Shown here one piece after another: positions 7,302-17,116 of a stretch of 22,575 nt of DNA; positions within the stretch are counted from its first letter, which is position 1, and the number at the start of each line of letters is the position of its first letter. Origin of the DNA: Candidatus Binatia bacterium (GTDB lineage: Bacteria > Desulfobacterota > Binatia > HRBIN30); NCBI GenBank assembly GCA_038245295.1, contig JBBRSP010000050.1, positions 1-22,575 on the forward strand, given 5' to 3'. The notes beneath the pieces are model-generated. The model was not told the origin of the DNA, made no database searches, and was given only the letters and a program-made list of their open reading frames with translations. Both the position numbers and the translations under genes were made by a program.

Positions 7302-8588
7302 TCAAGCAGCGGCCGCGCGCGTCAGATACTTCCTCCCCTGCATGCGGCTGAACCATGTCCAGAAATCCTTTGGATACACGTCGGGTTGACGCGCCAGGCG
7401 GATGCGAAACGACAGGATGAGATCCTCCCATGGCGCTTCCTCGCCGACGCCTTTGGCCACCAACTTGTCGGGGATCGTCAGCTTCAGGTTCCACGACGTC
7501 GGCTCTCCTTTCGAGATCCAATCGCCGGAGCGTCGAAAATCGATGGTCCAATCACCACCAGACGGGCCCTCCACCTTCCACCACATGACGATGCCAATGC
7601 GCCGCGCCGTTTCAGCATCGAGCACTTCGTTGAAATAGGTCCGGAAGCGTTCGTAGAGGTCAGCGGGCGCCGCTGTCTCCCTTTCAAAGTACTCGGCGAT
7701 CAGCGGCGCGCGCGCCGCGCTGAGGGCACGGATCTCCTCGATGCGGTTCTGCCAATTCGGTGCGGGGTGCAGGCGCGTATGGCCACCCTCGGGTGTCCAC
7801 ACGTCGCCTGGATTCATCTGCAACCCTTCGATGCCGGGGGCTGCCTTGGCAAGTAAGTCGAGCGCCTCCTGTGGATGGCTGACGTACTCGCCGGTATTGA
7901 ACGGCAATTGATCGGGATGCAGCAACGCATAGTTGCCGGCGGCGGGCACGGCGCGTTTGGTTTGCAGCAGCTTGGCCCATTGCACGAATTCGTCGAGGTG
8001 GGCCTTCTTGCTGACCTGCCAGCGTTTGAGCTTCTCCTCGATCGGATACTCGTAGCACCCCGGGTATTGCGAGGCGCCGGTGAACGTCAGGAAGGCGATG
8101 TCGATGCGGCGCTCGGCGCCCAGGCGCGCCAACGTCGCTTCGTCGAGGTGGCAATCATTGACGTTGAGTACCGTAGTTTCGCCATCACTCAACTGAATCG
8201 CGCTGTCATCCCAGGCGCGATCGGGTGCGATGAGGCGCAGCGTGTTGCGCGGTGCCCAATCGAGCCACGTGCCAAACTCGAGCTCATGGATCGTCTCGAA
8301 CCCGAGGCCCTTGAGAAGGTCGTGGAAGCGGCGGTTCTTGAAACGAGCGATGATCACCTGCGCCTTTTTGTCGAGCAAACGCAGCGTCGGCGGATCAAAG
8401 TGATCGGGGTGCTCGTGTGAAATGTAGATGTAGTCGACCGGCGGCAGATCGCGCACACCGAGCGCGAGGGGTGGATAGTGCCACCACGTGCCGTGGTAGG
8501 TCGGATCGTTCAGCCACGGATCCATCAGGATGCGCTTGCCACCCGACTCCACCAACATCGCCGCGTGCGCCAGATAGGTGATCTTCAT
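7302..8588 (-). CDS. MBL-fold metallo-hydrolase (CMAH/Rv3818/UlaG-like) with SCP2-like C-terminal domain
   Basis: MKITYLAHA, ILMDPWL, YISHEHPDHFD (HxHxDH), LNVNDC. Purine-rich RBS upstream of ATG 8588. Confidence 0.85.
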   Translation of the reverse strand: MKITYLAHAAMLVESGGKRILMDPWLNDPTYHGTWWHYPPLALGVRDLPPVDYIYISHEHPDHFDPPTLRLLDKKAQVIIARFKNRRFHDLLKGLGFETIHELEFGTWLDWAPRNTLRLIAPDRAWDDSAIQLSDGETTVLNVNDCHLDEATLARLGAERRIDIAFLTFTGASQYPGCYEYPIEEKLKRWQVSKKAHLDEFVQWAKLLQTKRAVPAAGNYALLHPDQLPFNTGEYVSHPQEALDLLAKAAPGIEGLQMNPGDVWTPEGGHTRLHPAPNWQNRIEEIRALSAARAPLIAEYFERETAAPADLYERFRTYFNEVLDAETARRIGIVMWWKVEGPSGGDWTIDFRRSGDWISKGEPTSWNLKLTIPDKLVAKGVGEEAPWEDLILSFRIRLARQPDVYPKDFWTWFSRMQGRKYLTRAAAA

Positions 8589-8709
8589 CGTGCTTCCTTC
8601 CTCCCGAGATCGAGCCCGGAGGTCCATGAAGTGTGCCAGCAGCCGCGATGGGTGATGGCGATAGAAGAGTGCGGCACGCCTGTGTCTCGGTTGGGAAAAT
8701 GCGGCGACG

Positions 8710-8727
8710 GCGAAGCTGCAGCTTCGC
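8710..8727. repeat. Perfect 18-bp palindrome (REP-like) in divergent intergenic region
   Basis: GCGAAGCTGCAGCTTCGC, extendable with CGAC/GTCG. Confidence 0.5.
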
Positions 8728-8771
8728 GTCGATCGGAAGGGGTCGGCACCGGCTTGGACGCATCTGCTCAG

Positions 8772-8811
8772 TTGCTTTCTCCGCCGCACCCCGATAACAA
8801 ACGCCCGTTTG
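8772..8811 (+). promoter_or_regulatory. Putative sigma70-like promoter overlapped by TetR-type operator CAAACG-CC-CGTTTG
   Basis: TTGCTT (8772)-N17-TAACAA (8795). Perfect 6-bp IR at 8798-8811 just before RBS AAGGAG. Confidence 0.5.
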
Positions 8812-8825
8812 GGAAGGAGTCCCTG

Positions 8826-9914
8826 ATGAGCTTCGATCTCGGCATGTTCTACGAAATCCCCGTACCGGCGCCGTGGAATCCGCGCAGCGAGTACGACGCC
8901 TACCACAACGTCGTGGCCCAGGCGGTGCTCGGTGAAGAGGTGGGCTTCTCCCACTTCTGGACGGTCGAGCATCACTTCTTGAGCGAGTTCTCGCACTGCT
9001 CGGCACCCGAGGTTCTGTACGGATTCATCGCCGCCAAGACCAAACGCATGAAGATCGGTCACGGCGTGCGCCTTCTGCCCTTCCCCTACAATCATCCCAT
9101 CCGTGTCGCCGAGATGAGCGCGGCGCTCGACATCCTGTGCGACGGCCGCCTCGAGTTCGGCACCGGACGTTCGTCGACGCGCGCCGAGCTCGAAGGCTTC
9201 GGCATCGACCCTCAGCAAACCCGCGACCTCTGGGAAGAAGCGCTGCGCATCGTCGTCGGCGCATGGACCGAAGAGACATTTGAATGGCAGGGCAAGACAT
9301 TCCAGATCCCCAAGCGGAGCGTGCACCCGAAGCCGATTCAGGACCCGCATCCGCCGATCTGGATGGCAACCAGCAGCCCCGAGGGGCATGCGGTCGCCGG
9401 CAAACTCGGCCTCGGACTGCTGTCCTTCACCATCGGCGTACCACCGGCGGAGCTGGCTTTCCGCATCCAGCTGTATCGCGACGCACTCAAGGAGGCGAAG
9501 CCGATCGGCAAGTTCGTCAACCCGCGCGCCGCCGCCTTCACCATGGTGCACTGCGCCGACACCGACGAACAAGCCAAGCGCGAAGCCGCCGAATCGGTGG
9601 TGTGGTACTTCAAGAAAAGCATCTCTCTCATCGGCAGCCTGGCGGCGTGGCAGGAAGGCAAGGAGCTGGGCTCCTACAGCTACACGGCCGGCTTGAAGGA
9701 CATGAGCCTCGACAGCTTCAGCTTCGAGCTCCTCGACGACATGGACGCCATCATCGTCGGCAGCCCCGAGAAGTGCATCGAGAAGGTCAACAAGTACAAG
9801 GAAGCCGGCATCGACCAGCTGCTGTGCTTGCTCAACCCGTACAACATCCCACACAAGAGCGTGATGCGATCAGTCGAGCTCCTCGGCAAACACGTGATCC
9901 CCGCGGTCAGGTAA
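8826..9914 (+). CDS. LLM-class (luciferase-like) flavin-dependent monooxygenase
   Basis: FWTVEHHF, HPIRVAE..A.LDILCDGRLEFGTGRS, PKPIQDPHPPIW, IVGSPE motifs. AAGGAG RBS at 8814-8819. Confidence 0.93.
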   Translation: MSFDLGMFYEIPVPAPWNPRSEYDAYHNVVAQAVLGEEVGFSHFWTVEHHFLSEFSHCSAPEVLYGFIAAKTKRMKIGHGVRLLPFPYNHPIRVAEMSAALDILCDGRLEFGTGRSSTRAELEGFGIDPQQTRDLWEEALRIVVGAWTEETFEWQGKTFQIPKRSVHPKPIQDPHPPIWMATSSPEGHAVAGKLGLGLLSFTIGVPPAELAFRIQLYRDALKEAKPIGKFVNPRAAAFTMVHCADTDEQAKREAAESVVWYFKKSISLIGSLAAWQEGKELGSYSYTAGLKDMSLDSFSFELLDDMDAIIVGSPEKCIEKVNKYKEAGIDQLLCLLNPYNIPHKSVMRSVELLGKHVIPAVR

Positions 9915-9915
9915 A

Positions 9916-9935
9916 GGGCGGCTCGGGAGCCGCCC
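9916..9935 (+). terminator. GC-rich hairpin immediately after LLM stop
   Basis: GGGCGGCT-CGGG-AGCCGCCC; no U tract. Confidence 0.45.
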
Positions 9936-9967
9936 GGCGATCCGACGTGCCGGCCGAACCGGACAGT

Positions 9968-10030
9968 AAAAGGGTCCTGCCCCCTTTTTCGGCTGCATCC
10001 CAGGACTTTAAAGGGTCCTGACCCCTTTTC
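9968..10030 (+). repeat. Two direct copies of imperfect palindrome AAAGGGTCCTG(A/C)CCCCTTTT
   Basis: Copies at about 9969-9988 and 10010-10029; REP-like A-tract/GGG...CCCC/T-tract symmetry. Confidence 0.75.
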
Positions 10031-10244
10031 CGGAGACGAGGCCTGCGTGTTACCTCGGCTCACGACCTCCGAACGAGGAAAAACCCTTTGTTTTCAAGGA
10101 GTGAAGGCGGAAAGCGGCGAAAAACGTTGAGTTTGTGTGCGTAGGGTAAGCCATCCCGACCGCTGATCGGGGCTCTACGGGCTTCCTAGCGCGTCTGTTG
10201 AGGGGGGCCGCGGCGAAAATTCGCCTCGGCTGGAATTATCAGGC
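10031..10244 (-). mobile_element. Possible IS terminal stub
   Basis: Non-coding, more AT-rich than flanks, ends in GAATTATCAGGC (10233-10244), which I recall as an IS-terminus-like motif. Unverified; no transposase seen. Confidence 0.3.
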
Positions 10245-10279
10245 AAGGAACCGCCGCCGCGGCCAGCGACCCATCGATA

Positions 10280-11605
10280 TCAGACGAACCCTTTCGGAAT
10301 CAGATTGTTTTCTCGCGCCTGGCGTTCGAGCAACTCTCGGAACCTGGGATGGGCAATCGAAATCAATGCCCTGGCGCGCTCGGCTACCGACTTTCCTTTG
10401 AGGTTCACCAGGCCGTACTCGGTGACCACGTACATCACGTCGGTGCGCGGCGTCGTCACGATGTTGCCCGGCGTCAGAGCCAGCACAATGCGACTCTGCG
10501 GCTCACCGGCCTTGTCGTAGGTCGACGACAAACACATGAACGACTTGCCGCCGTTCGAGGCATAGGCGCCACGCACGAACTGCAACTGTCCGCCGGTGCC
10601 GGTGAGATGCCGATGCCCTGCCGACTCCGATGCCGCCTGCCCCTGCAGATCGATCTGCGTCGTGTTGTTGATCGACACGACGTGATCGTTACGCATGATG
10701 TTGTGCGGCAGGTTGGTGTAGTCCACCGGCCGCCCCTGCACGCGCGGATTGCGATGGATAAAGTCGTACTGCCGACGCGATCCGGCGGCGAACGTGAAGA
10801 CGATCTGGAAACGATCGGTGGCTTTACGAGCGCCGGTGACCAATCCGGCTTCGACAAGATCAATCATGCCGTCGACCAACATCTCCGTATGGATGCCAAG
10901 ATCGCGCACGCCCGCCTCTTTCAATAGCGCACACACGGCATTCGGCATGCCGCCAATGCCGATCTGCAGACACGCGCCGTCGCCAACCTCGGCGGCAATC
11001 AGCGCCGCGACCTTCCTATCCGTGGCGGTCGCTGGTGGGTTGCCCAACTCCGGCAGCGCCTGGTTGTCGCCCTGGATGACGTAGTCGACCTCACTCGCGT
11101 GTACCGATTCCTCCAGTCCGTAAACGTATGGCATCGATTCACACGTTTCGAGGATCAACACCTTGGCGCGTTCGGTGACCGCCTTGTGGTACGACACCGC
11201 GCCACCAAAGTTGTAGTAGCCGTGTTCGTCGACAGGACAGGTCTTGAGGCACACGACATCGATCGGATCGATGAAGCGTCGATAGTCGTCCGGCGCCTCG
11301 CCGAAATTCATCGGGATATAGTCGGCGCGCCCGGCATCATGTTGCTTGCGGTCGTATCCGGAGAAATGCCAGTTGAGCCACTGAAAACTCTCACCGCCGC
11401 GATCACTCTCCAGCACGGCGCGCGGCCGCATCGATAACGAGGCGCGAATCTTCACGTTACGCAGTTCATCGCGGCGCGCCGCCAGGGCGGTGTCGAACAA
11501 GTCGGGTTGGCCAAGGCCGAAGCCGAAGTCGACCCAGTCCCCCGACTTTACCAACGTCGCCGCAGCGGCGGCACTGATCGGTTTCGCACCACCGGCGCGG
11601 CTCAC
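10280..11605 (-). CDS. Acetyl-CoA hydrolase/family I CoA-transferase (butyryl-CoA:acetate CoA-transferase-like)
   Basis: CLQIGIGGMPN, LGIHTEM (catalytic Glu), GTGGQ, VVTEYG.VNLKGKS..ERA.ALISIAHP.FR. GTGA overlap with the upstream gene. Confidence 0.93.
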   Translation of the reverse strand: MSRAGGAKPISAAAAATLVKSGDWVDFGFGLGQPDLFDTALAARRDELRNVKIRASLSMRPRAVLESDRGGESFQWLNWHFSGYDRKQHDAGRADYIPMNFGEAPDDYRRFIDPIDVVCLKTCPVDEHGYYNFGGAVSYHKAVTERAKVLILETCESMPYVYGLEESVHASEVDYVIQGDNQALPELGNPPATATDRKVAALIAAEVGDGACLQIGIGGMPNAVCALLKEAGVRDLGIHTEMLVDGMIDLVEAGLVTGARKATDRFQIVFTFAAGSRRQYDFIHRNPRVQGRPVDYTNLPHNIMRNDHVVSINNTTQIDLQGQAASESAGHRHLTGTGGQLQFVRGAYASNGGKSFMCLSSTYDKAGEPQSRIVLALTPGNIVTTPRTDVMYVVTEYGLVNLKGKSVAERARALISIAHPRFRELLERQARENNLIPKGFV

Positions 11606-12741
11606 GCGATGACTCCCGCTTCGCGCAGCCCGAAGATACGCGCGGCATCCAAGCCAAGCTGCTGCAAGACCTCGTCGGTGTGCTGGCCGAAATGCGGCGG
11701 CGGGGTGCGAATGGTTGCCGGCGTGTCCGACAATTTGATCGGTGGGCCAATCATCGTCGTTGGTCCATAGGGTCCTTCCGCCTCGACAATCATGCCGCGG
11801 TGACGCAGTTGCGGATCGGCGAAGGTTTCATCCAGCGTATTCACCGGGCCGAAGCAGATCTCTTTATCGCCAAGCTCACTCATCCACTCGGCCAGCGTCT
11901 TGGCGCGGAAGGCCTCACGGAAAAACGCAAACATCTCGACGCGACGCGCGTCATCGTTCCACTGCCACGGAATGAACTCATCGCGCCCAAAGTGGCGACA
12001 CAAGGTCGCCCAGAAGTGTGGTTCAAAGGCACCTACAGTGACGTGCCGAGCGTCCTTCGTTTCGTAGACGGCGTAACACGGCCACTTGCCGGTGAGTTGC
12101 TCGCCGCCACGTTCGGGAAGGCGCCCGGTGATCATCCACATGAGGATGTGGTAGGCGTTGCACGCAAACGCTCCATCGTACATCGAGATATCGACGAACT
12201 GGCCGCGACCGGTTTGCTCGCGCCCAATGATCGCCGAGAGAATTCCCACCGCCGCCATCAGTCCGCCGCCGGCGATGTCGGCGATCTGCACTCCCGGGAT
12301 GACGGGCGGGCCGCCAGCCTGGCCAACGAAGTTCAGAATGCCGGCGAAACCGATGTAGTTGAGGTCGTGCCCAACGCGATCGCGATACGGTCCGTCCTGG
12401 CCGTAACCCGAGATCGAGCAGTACACCAGCCGCGGATTGCGCTGCTTGAGCGTTTCGTAATCGATACCGAGGCGCTGCGGCACTCCCGGACGGTAGCCCT
12501 CGAGAACAATGTCGGCGTCTTCGATCAGGCGCAGCAGCAGCTCGCGACCTTCCGCCGACTTGAGGTTGAGAGTCATGTGTCGCTTGTTGCGCGCCAGAAA
12601 CGGAATACCGACGCCCATTGGATCTCCTGGGCTGGCGATGCACAACGTGTCGACGCCCATGTCGGCGAGGAGCATCGAGCAGAACGGACCCGGCAGCTGG
12701 CGCGACAGGTCGATCATCTTGAGTTTTTGCAGTGGTAACAT
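11602..12741 (-). CDS. CaiB/BaiF family III CoA-transferase / alpha-methylacyl-CoA racemase-like
   Basis: DLSRQLPGPFC, RNKR, EGYRPGV, SISGYGQDGPY, GHDLNY, QIADIAGG. Confidence 0.93.
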   Translation of the reverse strand: MLPLQKLKMIDLSRQLPGPFCSMLLADMGVDTLCIASPGDPMGVGIPFLARNKRHMTLNLKSAEGRELLLRLIEDADIVLEGYRPGVPQRLGIDYETLKQRNPRLVYCSISGYGQDGPYRDRVGHDLNYIGFAGILNFVGQAGGPPVIPGVQIADIAGGGLMAAVGILSAIIGREQTGRGQFVDISMYDGAFACNAYHILMWMITGRLPERGGEQLTGKWPCYAVYETKDARHVTVGAFEPHFWATLCRHFGRDEFIPWQWNDDARRVEMFAFFREAFRAKTLAEWMSELGDKEICFGPVNTLDETFADPQLRHRGMIVEAEGPYGPTTMIGPPIKLSDTPATIRTPPPHFGQHTDEVLQQLGLDAARIFGLREAGVIA

Positions 12742-12746
12742 TCTAT

Positions 12747-12827
12747 GTCCTGAAGCGGCTCATGGTTCGACGGGCTCACCATGAGCGGATCCTCGCCTCA
12801 CCCGTTCACTTGGAGCTCGTCGAAGGG
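12747..12827. repeat. REP-like element (TTCGAC..GCTCA / GAGC..GTCGAA type)
   Basis: Hairpin GCTCATGGT-TCGACGGGCTC-ACCATGAGC (12758-12786) and inverted partner GAGCTCGTCGAAGGG ending at 12827. Confidence 0.7.
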
Positions 12828-12851
12828 TGCTCCACCCATTCTCCGAGGCCG

Positions 12852-14138
12852 TTACGCCGTCTGCCGCAGCATTTCGATCTCCGTCGGTGTCGACGTCTTC
12901 TCTGCCAGGTACTTGCTGTACTGATGCGCCAGAAACCGCTCGACACTGTGGATCGTGTGCTGCGAGCGCAAGGTCGGGAAGATCTCGAAGGCGTGCTGCG
13001 CCTCGGGCAACTCGACGTAGACCACCGGCTGCTTCGATACGGCACGCAACGCTGCAACGAAGTTGCGCGCATCGGCCACGGGCACCAGCGCATCACAGCC
13101 ACCGTGGATTACCATCATCGGCGGCGCATCAGCGTGGACCCGGGCGATCGGCGACGCCTTCTCGTATTCCTGCGGCGCCTCGGCAATCGACGCTTTCATG
13201 ACACGTGTCTCGAGCAGATCCCGCAGGCCGGTATTCGGCATTGTGCCGTGACGATTGGTGAAGTCGTAGACGCCATAGAACGGCACGGCGCCGCGCACCG
13301 ACGTATTCGCGTCCTCGAAGCCTGGTTGGTATTCCGGATCATTCTGCGTCAGCGCCACCAAGGCCGTCAGGTGGCCGCCGGCCGAACCACCGGTGGCGAT
13401 GATGAAGTCGGGGTCGGCGCCGTACTTCACACCCTCGGTGCGGATCCAGTGGATCGCCCGCTTGAGGTCGACAAGATGGTCGGGGAACGTCGCGCCGGGG
13501 CTCAAGCGATAATCGGCGCTAACACACAACCAGCCGCGTGAGGCCATGTGCATCATGAGCGGCAGCCCTTGTTCGTTCTTGCTGCCGATCACCCAACCAC
13601 CACCATGAATCTGCAACAACACCGGGCAGCGCTCCGGGTGAGAACGATGACGATACACATCGAGCTTGAGATTCTGGCCGGCGGCACGCGCGTACTGGAT
13701 GTCGGCGACGCGCTCGACATCGCGGTGCCGCATCGGGAACGGGCGCAGAACTGGTTGCCAGTCGAACTTCAACGGAAATTTTGCCGACCAATCGGGATGA
13801 ACTTCATCGAGATAGTTGGAACCCAAGGCATCACCGAGAGCCGAATCGTGGATCGACGCCGTCGTTTGACCGCGCCAGTACCAGCGCCACAAGCAGACCC
13901 ACGAAACGATCGTGATCAGCAGCCCGACGCGGCCCGGCACGCCATGCAGGGCACCACGCCAGATGAACCACAAAGTCGCGACGAGTTGCCAGGCGATGTG
14001 ATGCAAGCCGAGCTCGCCATACAGCCAACCGGCAAAAAAGCTGAGTCCCGCCGGAACACTCGGTCGATACGTCGGCTTCCACACATTGTAGGTCAGCGCC
14101 GCACCGACCAGGCTGAACATCAATAACCACCAACCCAT
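12852..14138 (-). CDS. Membrane-anchored HSL-family (family IV) alpha/beta hydrolase, mycobacterial LipM/LipO-like
   Basis: N-terminal TM helices; HGGGW; GGSAGG nucleophile; D in GCDALVP; H in AQHAFE. GAGGAG RBS. Confidence 0.9.
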   Translation of the reverse strand: MGWWLLMFSLVGAALTYNVWKPTYRPSVPAGLSFFAGWLYGELGLHHIAWQLVATLWFIWRGALHGVPGRVGLLITIVSWVCLWRWYWRGQTTASIHDSALGDALGSNYLDEVHPDWSAKFPLKFDWQPVLRPFPMRHRDVERVADIQYARAAGQNLKLDVYRHRSHPERCPVLLQIHGGGWVIGSKNEQGLPLMMHMASRGWLCVSADYRLSPGATFPDHLVDLKRAIHWIRTEGVKYGADPDFIIATGGSAGGHLTALVALTQNDPEYQPGFEDANTSVRGAVPFYGVYDFTNRHGTMPNTGLRDLLETRVMKASIAEAPQEYEKASPIARVHADAPPMMVIHGGCDALVPVADARNFVAALRAVSKQPVVYVELPEAQHAFEIFPTLRSQHTIHSVERFLAHQYSKYLAEKTSTPTEIEMLRQTA

Positions 14139-14150
14139 TGTCAGCTCCTC

Positions 14151-14579
<429 letters not shown>

Positions 14580-14787
14580 AGATCTCCTCTTCCTGTGACC
14601 GACTTGTACGAACAACCCGCACGTAGGGCAACCCGTTGGCCGCCTGCGTGAAACGCCGAACTGGGTAGTTGTGGGTTTTACGACACGAACTAGATTAGCG
14701 CTGACGAAGAGGAACTCTGGAAACAATCGAACACAACGCTTGACCCGATCCAGAGTGGCAAACGAAGCCTCGGGCGCGGCGGAGCGC

Positions 14788-15084
14788 CTACTTGTCGCGC
14801 GCCTTCACCTCGAGGGCGGAAATATCGTCGATTGGGATCAGCACGTCGAAGAACTCTTTCTGGGTTGGACCACTCAAGAGGACGTTCTGGTCGCCGACGG
14901 CAGCGATCGTGGCGCGATAGTTGGTGCCATTCTTCAACACGACGGTCACCTGCGTCTTCGCCCCGAGCAGCGCCGTCAGGTTGTCGTGCATCGACCCTTT
15001 GGCGTTGAGAGGCGATTCAGCCGACGCCGCGTCAGCGCCGGCCAACATCAGGCCAGCCAGCAACAGCACTCCACTTCGATTCAT
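14788..15084 (-). CDS. Small secreted hypothetical protein, possible Sm-like fold
   Basis: Signal peptide ending ASA; VTVVLKNGTNYRATIAAVGD..VLL and LIPIDDISALEV pattern; GAGGAG RBS. Confidence 0.75.
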   Translation of the reverse strand: MNRSGVLLLAGLMLAGADAASAESPLNAKGSMHDNLTALLGAKTQVTVVLKNGTNYRATIAAVGDQNVLLSGPTQKEFFDVLIPIDDISALEVKARDK

Positions 15085-15297
15085 GGGGACTCCTCCTCAG
15101 TCTTAACGCTGCGCCAATGTATGCTCAGGATTCCGATCGGATTCCTAGGAGGCGCCGCTCACCGCAGGCTACAGCCAGGCTTAGTACTGTTCGGCGCAAC
15201 TGCGGTGACATATCTGCAACCGCCCTCCGCAGTCTAAAGCCTGCGCCTACCGATCCGCCTTAGGGTGCGCACTCAGTCTGGTTGGCGCACAGCTGCT

Positions 15298-16917
15298 TCA
15301 GGCCGCGGCGCGCTGACTACGGCCGGGCTGAACCGCGGCGATCAGCTTCAACTCGGAATGGTTCTGGATGGTTTGGCGCAGCCAGAAATCATTTTTGAAA
15401 AGCAACAGCGGCCGGCGCTCGATGTCGTAGAGACACGTCACGCCACCGAGCCGCTCGGTTGCCTCGGGGTCGAAGTCGCCTTCCACCCAACGTGCGTGCA
15501 GCGCATCGATCGGATCGAGACGGACTTCCACGTCATACTCACTCTTCAAGCGGTGCTTGATGACCTCAAACTGCAGCCGCCCGACGGCGCCGAGGATCGG
15601 ATCACGCTCCAGCTGCTCGCGGTGGTAGAACACCTGCACGGCGCCCTCCTCCGACAGCTGCTCCAGGCCCTTCTTCAATTGTTTGCGCTTGAAGGGCTCG
15701 GCGAGCGCGACGCGCACGAAGAACTCGGGTGAGAAACGCGGGATGCCCTCGAACTCGAAGCCGCTCGTCTCACTCAGCGAATCGCCGATACGCAGCAGGC
15801 CCGGGTCCCAGATGCCAACGATGTCGCCGGCAAAGGCCTCTTCAATGAGATTCCGCTCCTGGGCGCGGAACTGCAGCGAACGTTTCACGGCAAAGCGCTT
15901 GCCGCTGCGACCGTGCAGAACTTCCATGCCGCGCACGAAACGCCCGGAACAGATGCGCACGAAGGCGACGCGATCACGGTGCATCGGATCCATGTTCGCC
16001 TGGATCTTGAAAACGAAGCCGGAGAATTCCGGTAAGTCGGGCTCGACGATGCTGTCGCCGGCGGTGCGCGACAACGGCGGCGGCGCCAACTCGATGAACG
16101 CGTCCAGAAACGGCTCGACGCCGAAATTGCTGAGCGCGCTACCGAAGAAGACCGGTGTCACCGCCCCACGGCGGAAGGCCATCTCATCGAAGTTGGTACC
16201 CGCACCTTCCAGCAAATCAAGCGATTCGGATAGTTGCGCCAGGGCCTTCTCTCCGACGGCAGCGCGGAACTCGGGGTCATCGAGTCCACTGACGTGCATC
16301 GCCGCCTTGAAGGCCGACCGCTCGGCGCGATCGAACAGGAGAGCCCGCGAGCCCCAGCGATCGTACACACCCTGGAACTGCGACCCCGAGCCAATCGGCC
16401 AGTGTGCCGGACTCGCCGGGATGCCGAGCACCTTTTCAATTTCGTCGAGCAGATCAAACGGATCGCGCCCGTCGCGATCCATCTTGTTGATGAAGGTGAC
16501 GATCGGGATGTGGCGCATGCGGCAGACTTCGAACAGCTTGATCGTCTGTGGCTCGACGCCCTTGACGCTGTCGAGCAACATGATCGCACAATCCGCCGCC
16601 GCCAGCGTGCGATACGTGTCTTCGCTGAAGTCGTTGTGGCCGGGCGTATCGAGCAGGTTGAGCTCGTAGCCGTGATACGGGAACTGCATGACGCTGGTGG
16701 TGATCGAGATGCCGCGCTGGCGTTCGATCTCCATCCAGTCGCTGGTGGCGTGACGATCATCGCGCCGCTGCTTGACCGAGCCGGCCATATGCACAGCACC
16801 GCCGTAAAGCAACAATTTTTCCGTCAGAGTCGTCTTACCGGCGTCGGGGTGCGAGATGATCGCAAAGGTGCGCCGCCGGGCTACTTCGGCTTTGAGTCTG
16901 TCGATCCCATCACTCAT
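15298..16917 (-). CDS. prfC: Peptide chain release factor 3
   Basis: RRTFAIISHPDAGKTTLTEKLLL, SDWMEIERQRGISIT, DTPGH, FKIQANMDP.HRDR, QLSEEGAVQ. Confidence 0.97.
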   Translation of the reverse strand: MSDGIDRLKAEVARRRTFAIISHPDAGKTTLTEKLLLYGGAVHMAGSVKQRRDDRHATSDWMEIERQRGISITTSVMQFPYHGYELNLLDTPGHNDFSEDTYRTLAAADCAIMLLDSVKGVEPQTIKLFEVCRMRHIPIVTFINKMDRDGRDPFDLLDEIEKVLGIPASPAHWPIGSGSQFQGVYDRWGSRALLFDRAERSAFKAAMHVSGLDDPEFRAAVGEKALAQLSESLDLLEGAGTNFDEMAFRRGAVTPVFFGSALSNFGVEPFLDAFIELAPPPLSRTAGDSIVEPDLPEFSGFVFKIQANMDPMHRDRVAFVRICSGRFVRGMEVLHGRSGKRFAVKRSLQFRAQERNLIEEAFAGDIVGIWDPGLLRIGDSLSETSGFEFEGIPRFSPEFFVRVALAEPFKRKQLKKGLEQLSEEGAVQVFYHREQLERDPILGAVGRLQFEVIKHRLKSEYDVEVRLDPIDALHARWVEGDFDPEATERLGGVTCLYDIERRPLLLFKNDFWLRQTIQNHSELKLIAAVQPGRSQRAAA

Positions 16918-17116
16918 GGTTAGGGGGCGAAACAAGACGAGAATCGGGGGCAAGTCAATGCAAGCGCACAGTGCGTATGGGCTCGGTGTCGGATTGCACG
17001 AACAGGGCGCCGCGAGCGGCGCGCTCCGAACAGACTCCTTCCCTCGGGTCGACCGTCACGTCCCCATGTCGCGTGAGCGGCCGAGATTTGGTAGCGACGT
17101 ACGCGAGGATTCCCAC

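Noticed and set aside
8589..9854. 850-aa fusion ORF extending the MBL gene
   Set aside because: The extension is the antisense frame of the LLM gene; the MBL fold starts at MKITYLAH with its own RBS.
9680..10063. ORF MSRGNTQASSP...
   Set aside because: GGAGG is only 2 nt from the GTG and the ORF runs through repeats into LLM antisense; at most a few codons of a lost gene.
14620..14650. Hairpin CACGTAGG...CCTGCGTG upstream of the FTR-like gene as a riboswitch
   Set aside because: Single imperfect stem with no aptamer consensus I recognise.
16856..17116. N-terminal extension of the AidB-like ORF
   Set aside because: Overlaps the prfC start; family similarity begins at MTTPHRTHEV with an RBS.
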